From NCBI GenBank assembly GCA_024137785.1, contig JAHRHZ010000025.1, positions 19,039,996 through 19,103,995 of the forward strand: a stretch of 64,000 nt of DNA, in the 5' to 3' direction. Made by a program: the position numbers and the translations under genes. Below, piece by piece: positions 1 through 13,189 of the stretch. The stretch is from Ginglymostoma cirratum. Lineage: Eukaryota. Each line of letters opens with the position of its first letter. The first letter of the stretch is position 1. The notes under the pieces were generated by a model that was given only the letters and a program-made list of their open reading frames with translations, did not search any database and was not told where the DNA came from.

Positions 1-545
1 TGTCCAGTCCTGTGTTCTAATTGGCTTTTTATTGGGGTATATTTCCTGCAACCAAGTGAGTTTTAACAAGAAGAGTTTCCTTCATTTTAAACATCATACA
101 GTTTATTATTTATTACTAATTAAATACAAGTTACCTCAGAAAAATAAACATTGTTACTAAGAGGAGAGGACCTAGGATAAAGGTTTCTCCTCCATCAGAT
201 CCTAAGTGATTCTGCCTTTTACTCCACACAAGCCTGTATGACATTATCAGATCGGGTGGATCTTAATGCAGTATCCAATATTAACCGTTTCAGAACCATT
301 ACCTTATGCAGTAGAACTTCAGCAATGTAGACAAGATGAGTGATGTGAAAATGCTGGTTGAATAGTTTTAGATTTCTTACTGTTTGTCTCTGAGCAAGGA
401 GGGTGATATAGTCTCATTCATTCATGGATGTTTTTCTTATGTTTTAACTTTGGATCGTGGTTTTATTCCCAAATTTAATTAACTTCCCCACCTGCCCACA
501 GGTCACACTTTCTAGTACATGAAGAAGCAAGACATCTGTAGGGAT

Positions 546-771
546 TGTAACAAAGTCAGCCAGGTAGACATCATGGAATATGAGATCCCTGATTGGGGCA
601 GTTAATCTGGTGCAATCAGGGAGCCCTGGCTGACAGATATAAACAGGAGTGTCAGAGGTTCTGATCACTCTGAGAGCTGGCTCTGAGGAAGCTGAATCAG
701 TGTCAAGGACTTTCCATGTGTAAATGAACAGTGACTTGGTGATGGATACCAGCCTCTGTGGAGGAATGTCA
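546..771 (+). mobile_element. Probable solo LTR (~225 bp) of an LTR retrotransposon
   Basis: Begins TGTAAC and ends CA. TATAAA at 638-643, paired CCAAT-like boxes and a degenerate polyA-like signal near 721. No clear TSD. Confidence 0.55.
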
Positions 772-1072
772 GCAACAATTGTAGCATTGGATCACAACGC
801 CTTGATCCTTGAAACTGGTCTATTTTTTGAATTGGGCATATCCAAATGCACTCTTAGTTGCCTGTGACAATCGCTGCACTGAATCAGGAGGGAATGAGGC
901 TAAAACCAAATTGTTCCCATCGCAGATACAGCAATGGTTCTCAGCACACCAGCTCTTTCTGTTGTATTGTATGCAAAAGTAACTCCATTCCAGGAGAACC
1001 CAGGACAATTTGGGCTGGGGGGGAGTTGGTATAGACCTTGTTCTGAGGGCTGGTTGAGGAATATTGTCGATT

Positions 1073-2143
1073 TAGAAACATAGAAGATAGGAGCTGGAGG
1101 AGGCCATTTGGCCCTTCAAGACTGCTCTGCCATTCTTCACGATCATGGCTGATTGTCCAACTCAACAGCCTAATCCTGCTTTCTCCCCATAACGTTTGAT
1201 CCCATTTGCTTCAAGTGCTACATCGAGTCACCTCTTGAATACATTCAATGTTTTGGGATCAACTACTTCCTCAGGTAATGAATTCCACAGGCTGAAATGT
1301 CTCCTCACCTTCGTCCTAAATTGTCTACCCCGAATCCTCATGCTGTGACCCCTGGTTCTAGACACACCCACCATTGGGAACATCCTCCCTGCATCTACCC
1401 TGTCCACTCCTGTTAGAATTTTATAAGTATGTTTGAGATCCCCCCCTCATTCGTCTGAATTCTAGCGAAAACAATCCTAACCCAGTCACTCTCTCCTCAT
1501 ATGTCAGTCTCACCATTCCCGGAATCAGCCTTGTAAACCTTCACTGCACTCATTCAAGAGCAAGAGCATCCTTCCTCAGAAAAGGAGACCAAAACTGCCC
1601 ACAATATTCTAGATGTGGTCTCACCAAGGCCCTGTATAATTGCAACAACACATCCCTGTTCCTGTACTCAAAATCTCCCGCAATGAAGGCCAACATACCA
1701 TCTGCCTTTTTTACTGCCTGCTGCACCAGCATGCTTACTTTCAATGACTGGTGCACGAGGACACCAGATCCCACTGCACACTCCCCTCTCCCAATTTACA
1801 GCTGATCAGGTCAGCATCTGCCTTCTTGTTTTTGCTTCCAAAGTGAATAACCTCACATTTATCCAAATTATACTGCATCTGCCATTGATCTGTCCACTCA
1901 TGCAACCTGTTGAGATCATGCTGAAGGATCTTAGCATCCTCGTCACAATTCACCTTCCCACCCAACTTGGTATCATCTGCAAACTTGAAGATGTTACATT
2001 TTGTACCCTCATATCCAAATCATTGATATATATTGTGAATAGCTGGGGTTCCAGCACCAATCCCTGTAGCACCCCACGAATTACTGCCTGCCAATTTGAA
2101 AAGGACCCATCAATTCCTACTCTTTGTTTCCTCTCTGTCAACT
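1073..2143 (-). mobile_element. 5'-truncated CR1-clade LINE (RT C-terminus plus 3' UTR), frameshifted
   Basis: Minus ORFs give KQRVGIDGSFSNWQAVIRGVLQGLVLEPQLFTIYINDLD, WQMQYNLDKCEVIHFG and LQLYRALVRPHLEYCGQFWSP. Short-repeat tail near 1073. Confidence 0.93.
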
Positions 2144-2529
2144 AGTTTTCTATTGATTTCAATACACTTTGCTGTGCAATTAAACATGTCATTTCTGACT
2201 TGGTTTATGCCATACTGGGTACATTATTACTCAATGGTCTGTCATGAGACATTTTTTAATTCTACTTTCTTTCCACTATGGTGCCTGATTCTTTTATTTT
2301 CTGTCACCATAATCACCTGATTAATGTGACCACTGTTGCGAATGCACAGCAGAAACCTGAAGAGCCATTATTAATAGTTACACTTCCTGCGCTTGGTTGA
2401 TATTTTCTTTCCAGGATGGCATTTACTGTGAGGTGTGATTAATGATCTGGGTGATGTTAATGCGAATCATTGTTCAACATTGAGACTAAATTATAAAACT
2501 AAGCTGTCCCATCTCAGCTGTGGCAGAGA

Positions 2530-2990
2530 AAAAGAAAGGTTTGCATTGATAAAGTGCATTTCTCATTTTCACGATGTTTAAAATATTTCACTGCCATTAT
2601 AGTATCTTGTAAGTGTAGTCACTGATGTAATGTGGGAAACAAAACAGCCAATTTGTGCATAGAAAGCTCCCACAACAGCAATGTGATAATGACCAGATTG
2701 TCGAGTTTTTGTTTTTATCGATTTTGAGGGAAGGATAAATGATGGCCAGCACATTGAAGATAACAGAAGGAAAATCCCAAACTGGTTTTATGGCATCTTT
2801 TATGTACATCCAAGAGACAAACAGAGCCTCAACTTAATGTCTTATCCGAAAGGCAGCACCTACAACAGAGCAGCTTTCCCTCAGTACTACATAGGACTGT
2901 AAGCCTAGATTTTATACTCAAGTTTCTGCACTGGAACTTGAACCCATAACTTTAGCCGCAGAGAGAAGCAGCTGATCACTCAGCCACAGG
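2530..2990 (-). mobile_element. Degenerate SINE, Deu-domain/SacSINE1-like
   Basis: Reverse complement resembles the copies at 12470-12905 and 29025-29450; the latter has a tRNA-like head. Family name is from recall. Confidence 0.6.
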
Positions 2991-4601
2991 TATTTTAACA
3001 GGGCTTAATACAATTCACCATAAATGAAGAGTGCATATATCTTACAATACTTTAATCTGAAGATGGCAGATATCAGCAATGTTAAATGAAATGTTCATCT
3101 ACTTTTGGAACCCCGTGTCAATGTAAAGCAGTCCTGAGCCAAATCCAAGTCTTTGGAGGGTAAACTGCTCAACAGCAGATTTGAAATCCCATGCCACTCC
3201 AGACCTGCAGTAAGAGTGCGACAAGCAGCCTAGCAACCTGATAGTTTGAAATACACACTCTTGCCATGAATCAAGTACAGCAAGTCAAATTTTTCATTCT
3301 CTCTGTCTTGTTCTGTAATCTCAGAAAGGCACTCATGCAAGCTGACATGACAATTTGTTTCTTCTCAACAGGCCGTGTATGAGTTGATGACTAAGTTACT
3401 GATGAAACCCCAATTTGGACTGAATTTTGTGTAATGTTTGCACGGTAGATCTGTGCTGGACAAGGAACGTGTTAAAGCTGCCCACTTATATTTAATGTAT
3501 ACAGATAGCTACCGCTGAGAGGCATTTGTATTAGATTAGATATCAAGAGGTCAAAGATTAAAGCACTAACCTATTACATGACCAGAAACTCATATATCTC
3601 TTCTAAAAATGGCATCTGATCACTGTTCAACGTCAGTCATATATCAGGAAAACAGGCTTTGCTGTAAAAATGTCATGAATCAAGTCTGTATACTTCTCTT
3701 TATGTTTCTTTCCTCAAGCATCCTTGGAGGAAACACAGTCAGCTCTCACAGGCTGCATCATCGGAATCTCCACTTGAAATCTGCTTCAAAATTTCTGGAA
3801 TTACCATAGCACAACCAGCATTTGATAATGAGAAATTCATCTGTTTTAGGTGTTGGTTGAGAGATAAATCTTGACCAGGACACATGGAAGAACTCTGTTC
3901 TCTTCGTTGAAATGGCGCTATGGGATCTTTTACACGCACCTGTTACGACGTTTTATTATGTCATATTTGAAATGTCAACTTGTTTGTTTCTAAAAATGGT
4001 GCAGGTCAAAACTAACCTGAACTTAATATAGAAACTTAGGCCAGTCTTTGCTCCTGTTCAAGTTTCTCCATGTATTTCTTTGATATCCTGTTTGATTTGG
4101 CTTTGGTTACCCTGTTTGGCTCTATCTCTTGTTTTTTTTTCTTACATCTTCATGCCTCTTTTATCTGGTTTAGAGTTCTCTCAGTCACCCTGAATAGCTT
4201 CTGTTCCTTTGTGACTGAATTGCAATTAGATCTGTATTGATAGCTCAAGGTTGTTCCATAAATGTGATGTAACATGAACCAGGTAACATTCATAGTGCTG
4301 TTAGATTTCTCTTGGTCTATTTTAGAGCATTCTGTTCCAGAAGCTTGCAAGTTTTTTTTGACATGTTACATAAAAGAACAAAGTACTCCCTGCGTGCTTG
4401 AATGGTTCTTCAAAATTACTCATCCAAAGTGACTTTGTACAGTTATCCAACCTCCATTTTCTAAAAGAAACTGTTTTCACGGTGACTTTGAAGATCAATT
4501 TTCAGTGCACTTCTCTTCAAGTGGATGATCCGTACCAGTGTTGATTGGTGCAAATTTTGTTTTTCAGGTTTTTGCACTCAGTCAGCATGAAGTAAACCAG
4601 A

Positions 4602-5760
4602 ATAAAAACCAAAAGATTTGTGGATGATGTAAATCAGAAACAAAAACAGAAATTGTTGGAAAAGTAATTGCTGGAAAAGGTCTGGCAGCATCTGTGGAGA
4701 GAAATCAAAATTAACATTTCAGGTCCAGTGACCCTTCCTCAGAAACAATAGGTGGGAATCATAAGACCATAAGACATAGGAGTGGAAGTGAGGCTATTCG
4801 GCCCATCGAGTCCACTCGCCATTTAATCATGGCTGATGGGCATTTCAACTCCACTTACCCGCACTCTTCCCATAGCCCTTGATTCCTTGCGATATCAAGA
4901 ATTTATCAATCTCTGCCTTGAAGACATTCAACGTCCCGGCCTCCACTGCGCTCCGTGGCAATGAATTCCACAGGCCCACCACTCTCTGGCTGAAGAAATG
5001 TCTCCTCATTTCCGTTCTAAATTGACCCCCTCTAATTCTAAGGCTGTGCCCACGGGTCCTAGTATCCCCACCTAACGGAAACAACTTCCCAGCGTCCACC
5101 CTTTCTAAGCCATGCATTATCTTGTAAGTTTCTATTAGATCTCCCCTCAACCTTCTAAACAAGAATGAATACAATCCCAGGATCCTCAGCCGTTCATCGT
5201 ATGTTAGGCCTACCATTCCAGGGATCATCCGTGTGAATCTCCGCTGGACACACTCCAGTGCCAGTATGTCCTTCCTGTGGTGTGGGGCCCAAAATTGGAC
5301 ACAGTATTCTAAATGGGGCCTAACTAGAGCTTTATAAAGTCTCAGAAGCACATCGCTGCTTTTATATTCCAACGCTCTTGAGATAAATGACAACATTCTA
5401 TTTGTTTTCTTAATCACAGACTCAACCTGCAAGTTAACCTTTAGAGAATCCTGTACTAGCACTCCCAGATCCCTTTGTACTTCGGCTTTATGAATTTTCT
5501 CACCGTTCAGAAAATAGTCCATGCTCGTATTCCTTTTTTTTGTTTTTTTTTTGGTGCCCAACCTATCCTCACCTCTACCCCCACCTATCATTTACTCCTT
5601 ACCCTCTCCCCTCACCCTATCTTCTGCATATAAACTGAAATTTTCCTCGTTCTCATCAGTTCTAAGGAAGGGTGACTTGACCTGAAATGTTAAATCTGAT
5701 TTCTCTCCACAGATGCTGCCAGACCTGCCGATCTTTTCCAGCAATTTCTTTCTTTTGTTT
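4602..5760. mobile_element. Penelope-like element remnant (family B) with inverted pLTR arms, interrupted by a CR1 insertion
   Basis: 4640-4746 is the inverted complement of ~5657-5760. Degenerate TSD gaagtaaaccag/gaagtaatcag. Hammerhead-like core on the minus strand at 4709-4746. Confidence 0.8.
4760..5531 (-). mobile_element. Young 5'-truncated CR1 LINE nested in the PLE remnant
   Basis: Uninterrupted ORF (RDLGVLVQDSLK, LYKALVRPHLEYCVQFWAP, RRLRGDLIETYKIM, TRGHSLRI, FFSQRVVGLWNSLP). 3' tail cataagaccataagacatagg. Confidence 0.96.
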
Positions 5761-5982
5761 AAGAAGTAATCAGGTCAGGTGGTCCATAGCTAATTCACAG
5801 AGTAAAACTACATCCATCATATATACTCATGTAAAAGTTACATTTTTGAAACCAATGTCTTATGCAGAAAATTAAGAGGTTGACCTTTGTGTGGGGAATG
5901 TTACTGAGAGGATTACTTTCAACTAAAATGCACCTATCCAGCAAACCCGACGTGACTAATGAATTAATCCCTAAGGTAATTG

Positions 5983-6290
5983 GGTAGTAGGGTGCCTCAG
6001 CGGTTAGCACTGTTGCCTCACAGCACCGAGGACCCAGATCCGATTCCACTCTTGGGTGACTGTCTGTGTGGTGTTTGCACATTCTCCCTATGACTGCATG
6101 GGTTTCCTCCCAGTTTGAAGATGTGCAGGTTTGGTGGATTGGCCATGCTAAATTGCTTATAGTGTGCAGGCTAAGAGGATTAGCCATGGGAAATGTATGG
6201 TAAGGAGGCGGGTGTCGTTAGGCTGCTCTTTGGAGAGTCAGTTGGGATCTTGATAGGCCAAGTGATCTACTTCTACTTTGTAGGGATTCT
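5983..6290 (+). mobile_element. HE1-like tRNA-derived V-SINE
   Basis: tRNA head (ctcagcggttagcactgttgcctcacagc), V-domain (tgtgtggtgtttgcacattctccc...gggtttcctcc) and a CR1-like 3' end (gtagggattcta). Confidence 0.85.
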
Positions 6291-7144
6291 AATTGGGGAA
6301 GTGGTGCCACAGCAGTTGCTTATTGTGTTTCTTTCTTTGCTCCCTCTATTGCGACTGAGGAGCTTCCTCACCTAGCAACACCCCTTCCCCCAACTCCTCT
6401 CCCCAAGGAGAGGAAGTGGTGGTGTCAGCTGGGCCTGTGGTTTCAATACTGTTTGGTGCAGCAGGGGAAGGAAAAGAAAGGAAACAGTTGTATCTTGGGA
6501 AGCTGTCATGTTGACAGCTCCCAGACTTTGACCCAGGCGCCGATGCACTGATTGCACTGAGCCAGCATTTGCAAAGGCCCAATTGGCAAGCCCTGAGCCC
6601 CTCGTCAGTTCCGAGCAAGACCTAGGGTGACGACAGAGGACGCAAACCTGAGGTATTCATCCAATTAAAGTTCACTCCGGATGTTGTTCCTGCATCCTGT
6701 TTCTGTGCGCACTGTTTATTACTTCTTTCCAATCTGCCAGTTTCTCCCCATTAAAATCCAAATCAATCTGAATTCTTCCTGTCTTAATTGACGAGCAGGA
6801 ACTGGAGGAAATGTGGTAAGTGTAACTTTCTTAATGAGTAATTGATTGAGGTTTTTGATGTGATTGTAGAGGTTATATGGCACCATTTGACTAGTTGTTT
6901 TAATTCCAGATTTTATTCAAGTTTCACCATTTGCCATGGTAAGGTTCAAACCTGCATCCGCAGAGCCTGCGGATCTGAATGACCAATCCAGTCACATTAC
7001 CACTAAACCCCTCACAATCAGAGTGAAGACATTGCAAAAGGAAAAGGTATTAATACAGGAAATGATAAACAGATGGAAGGGACAAAAAGAACAAATTTTA
7101 GAGTAAATCAATAGATAAGACAAAAGGACACAAAAATAATTAAC

Positions 7145-10058
7145 GGATTAAACTAGGGGCTCTGTATTTGGTGCATGTACCCTCCAGAAGAGATCAGATG
7201 AACTGAGAGTGCAAATATAAATAAATAATTATGATCTGGTAGTCATTAAGGAGATTTGGCTACGAGATGACATGGATTGCTAACTAAATATTGAAGGGTA
7301 CAGGATATTTAGGAAGGACAGGAGGCTAGGAAAGGGTGAAGGGATGCTTCTGTGAATTAATGCTGGAATTAGCACAAAAGAAAGGGATGACTTAAGTTCA
7401 GGAAATCAAGATGTGGAAATGGTTTGGGAAGAGCTGAGAAAAGAAAACGGGATGAAGTCATTTGTGGGAGTGGTGTCCAGGCCCACTAAAAATAACCGAA
7501 TGGTAGGGTGAAGCATAAAGGAAAGAAATGATGGGGACAATCATGAGAGACTGTAAAATAATTAGACTGGAAAAGTCAGATAGGCAAATGTAGCCTAGAT
7601 GCAGAGTTCAAATAATGTCTTTTGAGATAGTTTCTTAGAACAGCATTTCTGGAGCTAATGGTAAAGTGTTATGAGATAGAATTAATTCAACTTTTCAAAG
7701 TCAAAATGCTCCTAAGTAGAGGAACCATAATACAACTGAATTTTACATTCAGTTTGAGAGAGAGGAGTGGGTCCAAGACTATATTTTTAAACTTAAATAA
7801 GGGAAATTATGAGGTCATCAAAGCAGAGCTGGCTAAGGTGAATTAGCAAATTAGGTTAAAGGATAGGTCACTAGAGCTGCAGTGGCAGACAATTAACAGG
7901 ACATTTCAGAGTATGGATAACAAATACATTTCAATTTACCATGGAAATTCCAAGGGATTAACCATGATAACCTATAAATTTTAAAATAGTATCAAACTGG
8001 AAAAAAAGGCATGTAATTGTGCAAAGACAGATGACAGGTCAGAAGATTAGACAGAATATTAAAGAACAGCAAAGAATAACAAAACTATTAAGGAGGGAAG
8101 AATTAGATTAATGAGAAAACTAACTAGAAATATAAAAATAACTGATTGCAAAAATTTCTATAAGTATTTTAAAATGAAAGGAGTTACCAAAATAAGTTTA
8201 GTTCCTATGGAAAATAAGTCTGGAGAATTAATAATGGAAAATAACAGCTGTCATTGATGACAATCACTTGCTAATGAGTATGATTGGCCACCTCGGAATT
8301 TCCATGTGACTGGTCATTGGGTTGATAAGTGTCCACGTCTTGATGGACTTCATCCTAAAAGAAGTTGGTAGTTGGCTTTATAAAAAATCCCTATATTTGT
8401 GGAAGGTCTGATTAGTTTGGAAGATAGCAAATGTAACAACTTTATTCAAAAAAGGAGGGAAATAGAAAGCAGGGAACAACAGGCCAGTTAACTTAACATG
8501 TGTCAAAGCGATAATGTTAGAAGGTACATTTCAATAAGATAAAGCAGTGCACTTAGATTATTTCAAAGTAATCAAGCAAAATCAACAGGTTTTATGAAAA
8601 AGAATTCATGTTTAACCAACTTATTGGAAATCTTTGAAAATGTTCATGTGCGTAGATAAAGGGGAACTGGTGGAGGTCCTTGCTTTGATTTCCAGAAGGC
8701 ATTTGATCAAATGCCACATCAAAGTTTGTTGCAGAAAATGAAAGCTCATGGTTTGGGGTGTTGTATATTGGTATGGATAAAAGATTGGCTGACTAAGATT
8801 AAGCAGAGAGTCGACATAAATAGATCTTTATCACATGGGCAAGATATAATAAGAGATGTGCCACAAGGATCGACGCTGGGATGAAAAGTTGGAAAATATG
8901 ATTGCTTAAATTTGCTGATGACCCATAGGTAGGGAGGAAACTTAAGTTGTGAAGAGGATATAAGAAAAATACACAAGTAAGCAGAGATCTGGAAAATGAA
9001 GAATAATTTGTAAAATCTGAAACAGTCAAATTTTGCAGGAAGCATAAAATAAAAATTAATTTGGTGAGAGATTGCAAAGTTCTTAGATGCAGAAGGATCT
9101 GGGGGTCCTCATGCATAAATCGAAGGCTATGGGAAGATACAGAGTGTAACTGAGTAAGCAAATAAAATATTCTCATTTATTACAGGAGGAATTGAATATC
9201 AAACTAGTGACATTATGCTTCAGTTATAAAAAGCACTGGAGAGTGCTCATCTAGAGTACTGTTTACATTATTGGTCATCTTATTTACAGAAGGATGTAAC
9301 TGTGTTGAAGGGAGCTCAAAGAAGGTTTGTTAGACTAATACTTGGAATGAACAGATTAATTTAAGAGGAAAGGTCGGACAGGCTGGGCTTTGTACGCCAG
9401 AGTTCAGAAAGATGACAGGCAAATTGATTGAAGTATATAAGACCCTGAGGGGTCTTGACAGGCTATTTGTCTCCACTCATGTGAGAACCAAGAACTAGAG
9501 GTATCTGTTTAAAAATCAGAGTCATTCATTTAAAACAGAGATGGGGCTTTTTTTTTTATCCTTCTCAGCGGCTCATAAGTCTTTGTAATTATCTTCCTGA
9601 AAAGGTGGCACAAGCATTCTTTGAATAGCTTTAAGTAATAGATGATTTGATTTGATTTATTATTGTCGCATGTACCTAAGTGCAGTGAAAAGTTTTGTTT
9701 TGCATATAGTACTGCAGATCATACCATGCAAAGATACAAAGATCAAAGGGCAATTGAACAGTGTGAGGAATACAAAGTTACGGCTGCAAAGAAGGTGCAC
9801 AAAAAGCATTTTTTTTTTAATTTGAGAGGCCCATTCAGAAGTCTAATAACAGCTGGGAATAAGCTGTTCATGAACCCGTTGGTATGTGTGTGTAAGCTTT
9901 TGTATCTTCTGCCTAGGTGAATAGATTCTTGGTTTCAAAATAAAGGTAAAAACTTAAAAATGTGGAGTCATCAGATTAGCCTGATCTTATTGAATGATGG
10001 AATGGAGACAAGAGGCTGAGTAGCCTATTTAAGCTCCTAATTCATTTGTCTCTATTTG
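7145..10058 (+). mobile_element. Old CR1 LINE spanning most of ORF2 (APE endonuclease + RT) and the 3' UTR, heavily mutated
   Basis: EN-like NNYDLVVIKEIWL and LNIEGYRIFRKDRRLGKG (~7225-7340). RT motifs DFQKAFDQMPH (~8687), VPQGSTLG (~8858) and KFADD (~8908). Confidence 0.92.
9642..9918 (-). mobile_element. 3' fragment of a Rex1/Babar-type LINE nested in the CR1
   Basis: (GATTT)n tail followed by attgtcgcatgtacc...gtgaaaag, shared with the copies at 17196 and 36292. Confidence 0.75.
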
Positions 10059-12099
10059 TAAGATGGCAACGACTTACTAAGGAGCTACCACTGCTCCCAA
10101 ATTAAGGATAAATTGTTGATAACATTATGAGAAGTCAAAATATATTTTTAAAGAAGACTACTCTTAGAACCATTTGCACTGTGGCCTGTAAATTAAAATT
10201 TAATTTGGCACACAGGGGCAAGAAAGCATCCAGAGGTCTCTCATTCTCAGTTAAGTGCCCACCAGCCTGCTTTCCATCAAATGGTTGGAGGAGTTAAAAT
10301 TGAGTACAATATCTATCAATAAAAGCTCTGTTGATAGTAATTTACTGATCTTATAAGGAACACCCTTCAACCCTCCAATCAGTTTGTGAAGCTTTCAAAC
10401 CTGAACATTATAAGCAAGTATAAATAGAATAATTTTATATAGAAAATATTTAGAATTCTGAAAATCCTATCCAAGATTAGTCACATCATAGAACAACATA
10501 TTCATAGCCATGGGTTATGATTATTGGAAACAGATGCATCACAATTATTTGAACAATTTTCAGTTTAAGACCTTGTGTGAACTTAACAAGTTATTTGCAT
10601 AGCTAAAAAAGATGCAACTGGTATCGATTTGTATGGTAAAAAGGTTTCTCACAGATTTATAAATAACAAGGCAACTAATCATTACTGACTGCATATGCAA
10701 CAAGATTGCAACACATCAGCAACCAGTTTCATGTGTCGAAACATTGTCACAAGCCGCTGACATGAGGATTAGGTTTTTATCTTGACATAACTGACAAAGG
10801 CTAAATGGATTAAGTCAAATGAAAGCAATTGGTAATCATACTAGCAAAAGATACTGAACTTCTTAAAATTTTCATCTTAAATTCCACGTCAAAAATGAAA
10901 TAGATAGTGACTGGGGCAGAAACTCAAAAATGTTGTGCCTGTCCGAAAGGCATAAAATGGGTGCAACACATGATGAAGCTATTGCTAAACTGGTCAGGGC
11001 TTTTATTTTTAGGGAACCGTGGTGCCAAATAAAATGAGTCCAGACTTCACCTCAATATTGAAATGAGATTTCTCTAACCATTTCTGCCTAGATTCTTCAA
11101 TTAATTAAGTATCTAGTCCCACTTTGATTAGCATTTCCAGACTTTTTGCTGGTTTGCTAGGCCACAGGTTCTCTGAAAGGCAGCCCCATTATCCAAAACA
11201 TATGCTAATTCTTGTTTTTGTGAAGTTAGAAGGAGCAGACAGGCTTCCTGTAGCTCTACAAAGTGACTACAGGCCTGTACTAACCCTTATCTACATCTCC
11301 ACTCCCAAGCAACCTCTCAGCCCTGGATACCACTGTGACCCACATGGTGCCAACCAGACTAGATAGGCCCTGATTCCTCCCAATTATGACATTTAAGCCA
11401 GAACACAAATTTGTTTGGTCCACCTCTCAATTCTTGTATGCCATTGTTATAATCCTTCAGTGCAGTTTGGGCTATAAACTATGTTAGCCACTAGAATTGT
11501 AGGAATTTGGGTACAAGAGACATTTCTTTAGCTTCTGATGTTACTTTCTCAAATGCTTCAATCTGGTTTGTATTGATGATACCTGGAGGCACATGACAGA
11601 ATAGTTTCCCTTGCAGAAAAGCCTGAATTGGGAACAAGCATTTCTTATAATAATTACAAGAGTGTTTTTTTTTTAAATCAAGAGAAAAGTGAGCAAGCCT
11701 GGGATGATTAAGAATACAAAAAAAGATAATTATTGTGGGAATTCAGGAAAAATTAGAAATTGTCAAACATCTTTAAGAGGATTCAATTTTAAAGCTCAAC
11801 CTTTTAATTTTTATCATAATAGGTTAACTTCATTTTTTTAAATATATGAATTGAACTCTCAATCAACAAGCTATAACCAACTGTTATTGTAGGCATTCTG
11901 ATGAAAGGTCACACATATCCATGGGTATTGCCAGCTCTGTCGAGCAATTCCTGCAATTTTTTTGTGTTTTTTTACATGTTACTGCAACCCAACAACACGT
12001 TGACAATTATTTTTCCTCTGTCCGTGATACCTTCACATTTACTGGCCTGTTTTGATCACTGTTTAAAGTCCAGCCTGACAAATAATAACTTGCTGTTAT

Positions 12100-12440
12100 A
12101 CTGTGATTGAATGTATTAAAACCAAGATACTCCACTGAAGTGTTATCAAACAATATTTGGCATCAAGCCACATTTAGTGATATTAGAAGGTGACCAAAAT
12201 CTTGGTCAAAAGTGGATATTAAGGAGACACTTCCAATAGAAATGAGTGGCAGAGAGTATTAGGGAGGATCTTTCAAAGTTTAGAGTCGAAAGGCAGCTAA
12301 AGATATGGGCGCCAATCATGAGTAAAGGAAATTGAAGGGTTGCAGAACTGAATGTGGTTGCAGACGTAGCCAGGAGACCAAGGAAGGATATGAGCACAAA
12401 TATGAAAATTTTAAAGGTAAGGCTTTTCTGGAGAATGAGT
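12100..12440 (-). mobile_element. L2-type LINE 3' fragment
   Basis: Similar to 18650-19000 (gaccaaaatcttggtcaaaag...aggcagctaaaga). Confidence 0.55.
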
Positions 12441-12469
12441 CAGTGTATGTCAGCGGTGACAATTATTTG

Positions 12470-12905
12470 CGAAGTTTTCAAAACCAGGACTTTGCCCTTG
12501 CATCTCTGGGACCTGTGCTCAAATCCAAATCAGGCATAATGGTTCTCTGCTGTCCTGTTAAAATTACATTTGAAAGCAGTGCTGAGGGTATGCTGCATAG
12601 TCAGATGTGACATCTCTCAGATAAGAAATTAAACCAAAAGGATGTCCAATGTCATGGGTGGTTTTAAAAGATTCTCTGACACAATATGAAGAAAGGAGAG
12701 CTCTTCCTGATATTGTGGCCAATATTTTTCTCTCAAGTAACATCACTAAAACAGATCATTATCACAATACTATTAGTTAGATATTGTTACGTGCAAGTTG
12801 ACTACATTACAACAGCCGATACACTTCCAAAAGTATTCAATTGGCTGTAAAGTGCTTTGAAGCATCCTGAGGTTTTGAAAGATGCTATATAAATGAACAT
12901 TTTCC
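12470..12905 (+). mobile_element. Deu-domain/SacSINE1-like SINE
   Basis: Similar to 29025-29450; ends gatgctatataaatgaacattttc. Confidence 0.6.
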
Positions 12906-13189
12906 TTTATGTGGAATGAGGTTGAATAGCCAAGCTTGGTTTCCAAAGGGTGTGAGTTCATAGTACAAAACATTGAATTTTGCTCCATCTAGATGTCTAC
13001 GAAGTTCATCCACAAAAGGCTTATTGAATTATTGTGAAGAGTGTCAATGTATGGTTATGATATTTTTCCCCCATTTTGATGCCCAACATCAGAAAAAACC
13101 ATTAGCAGGTCAGGAAAAAAAGAGAGGCTAAATGCTTCATTACAACATTTTGCATCCTTTTTGTTCATTCAGCGTACTGAGCAATCTGT

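Noticed and set aside
4845-5591. 248-aa ORF as a host gene
   Set aside because: It is the C-terminus of CR1 ORF2 fused to flanking low-complexity sequence.
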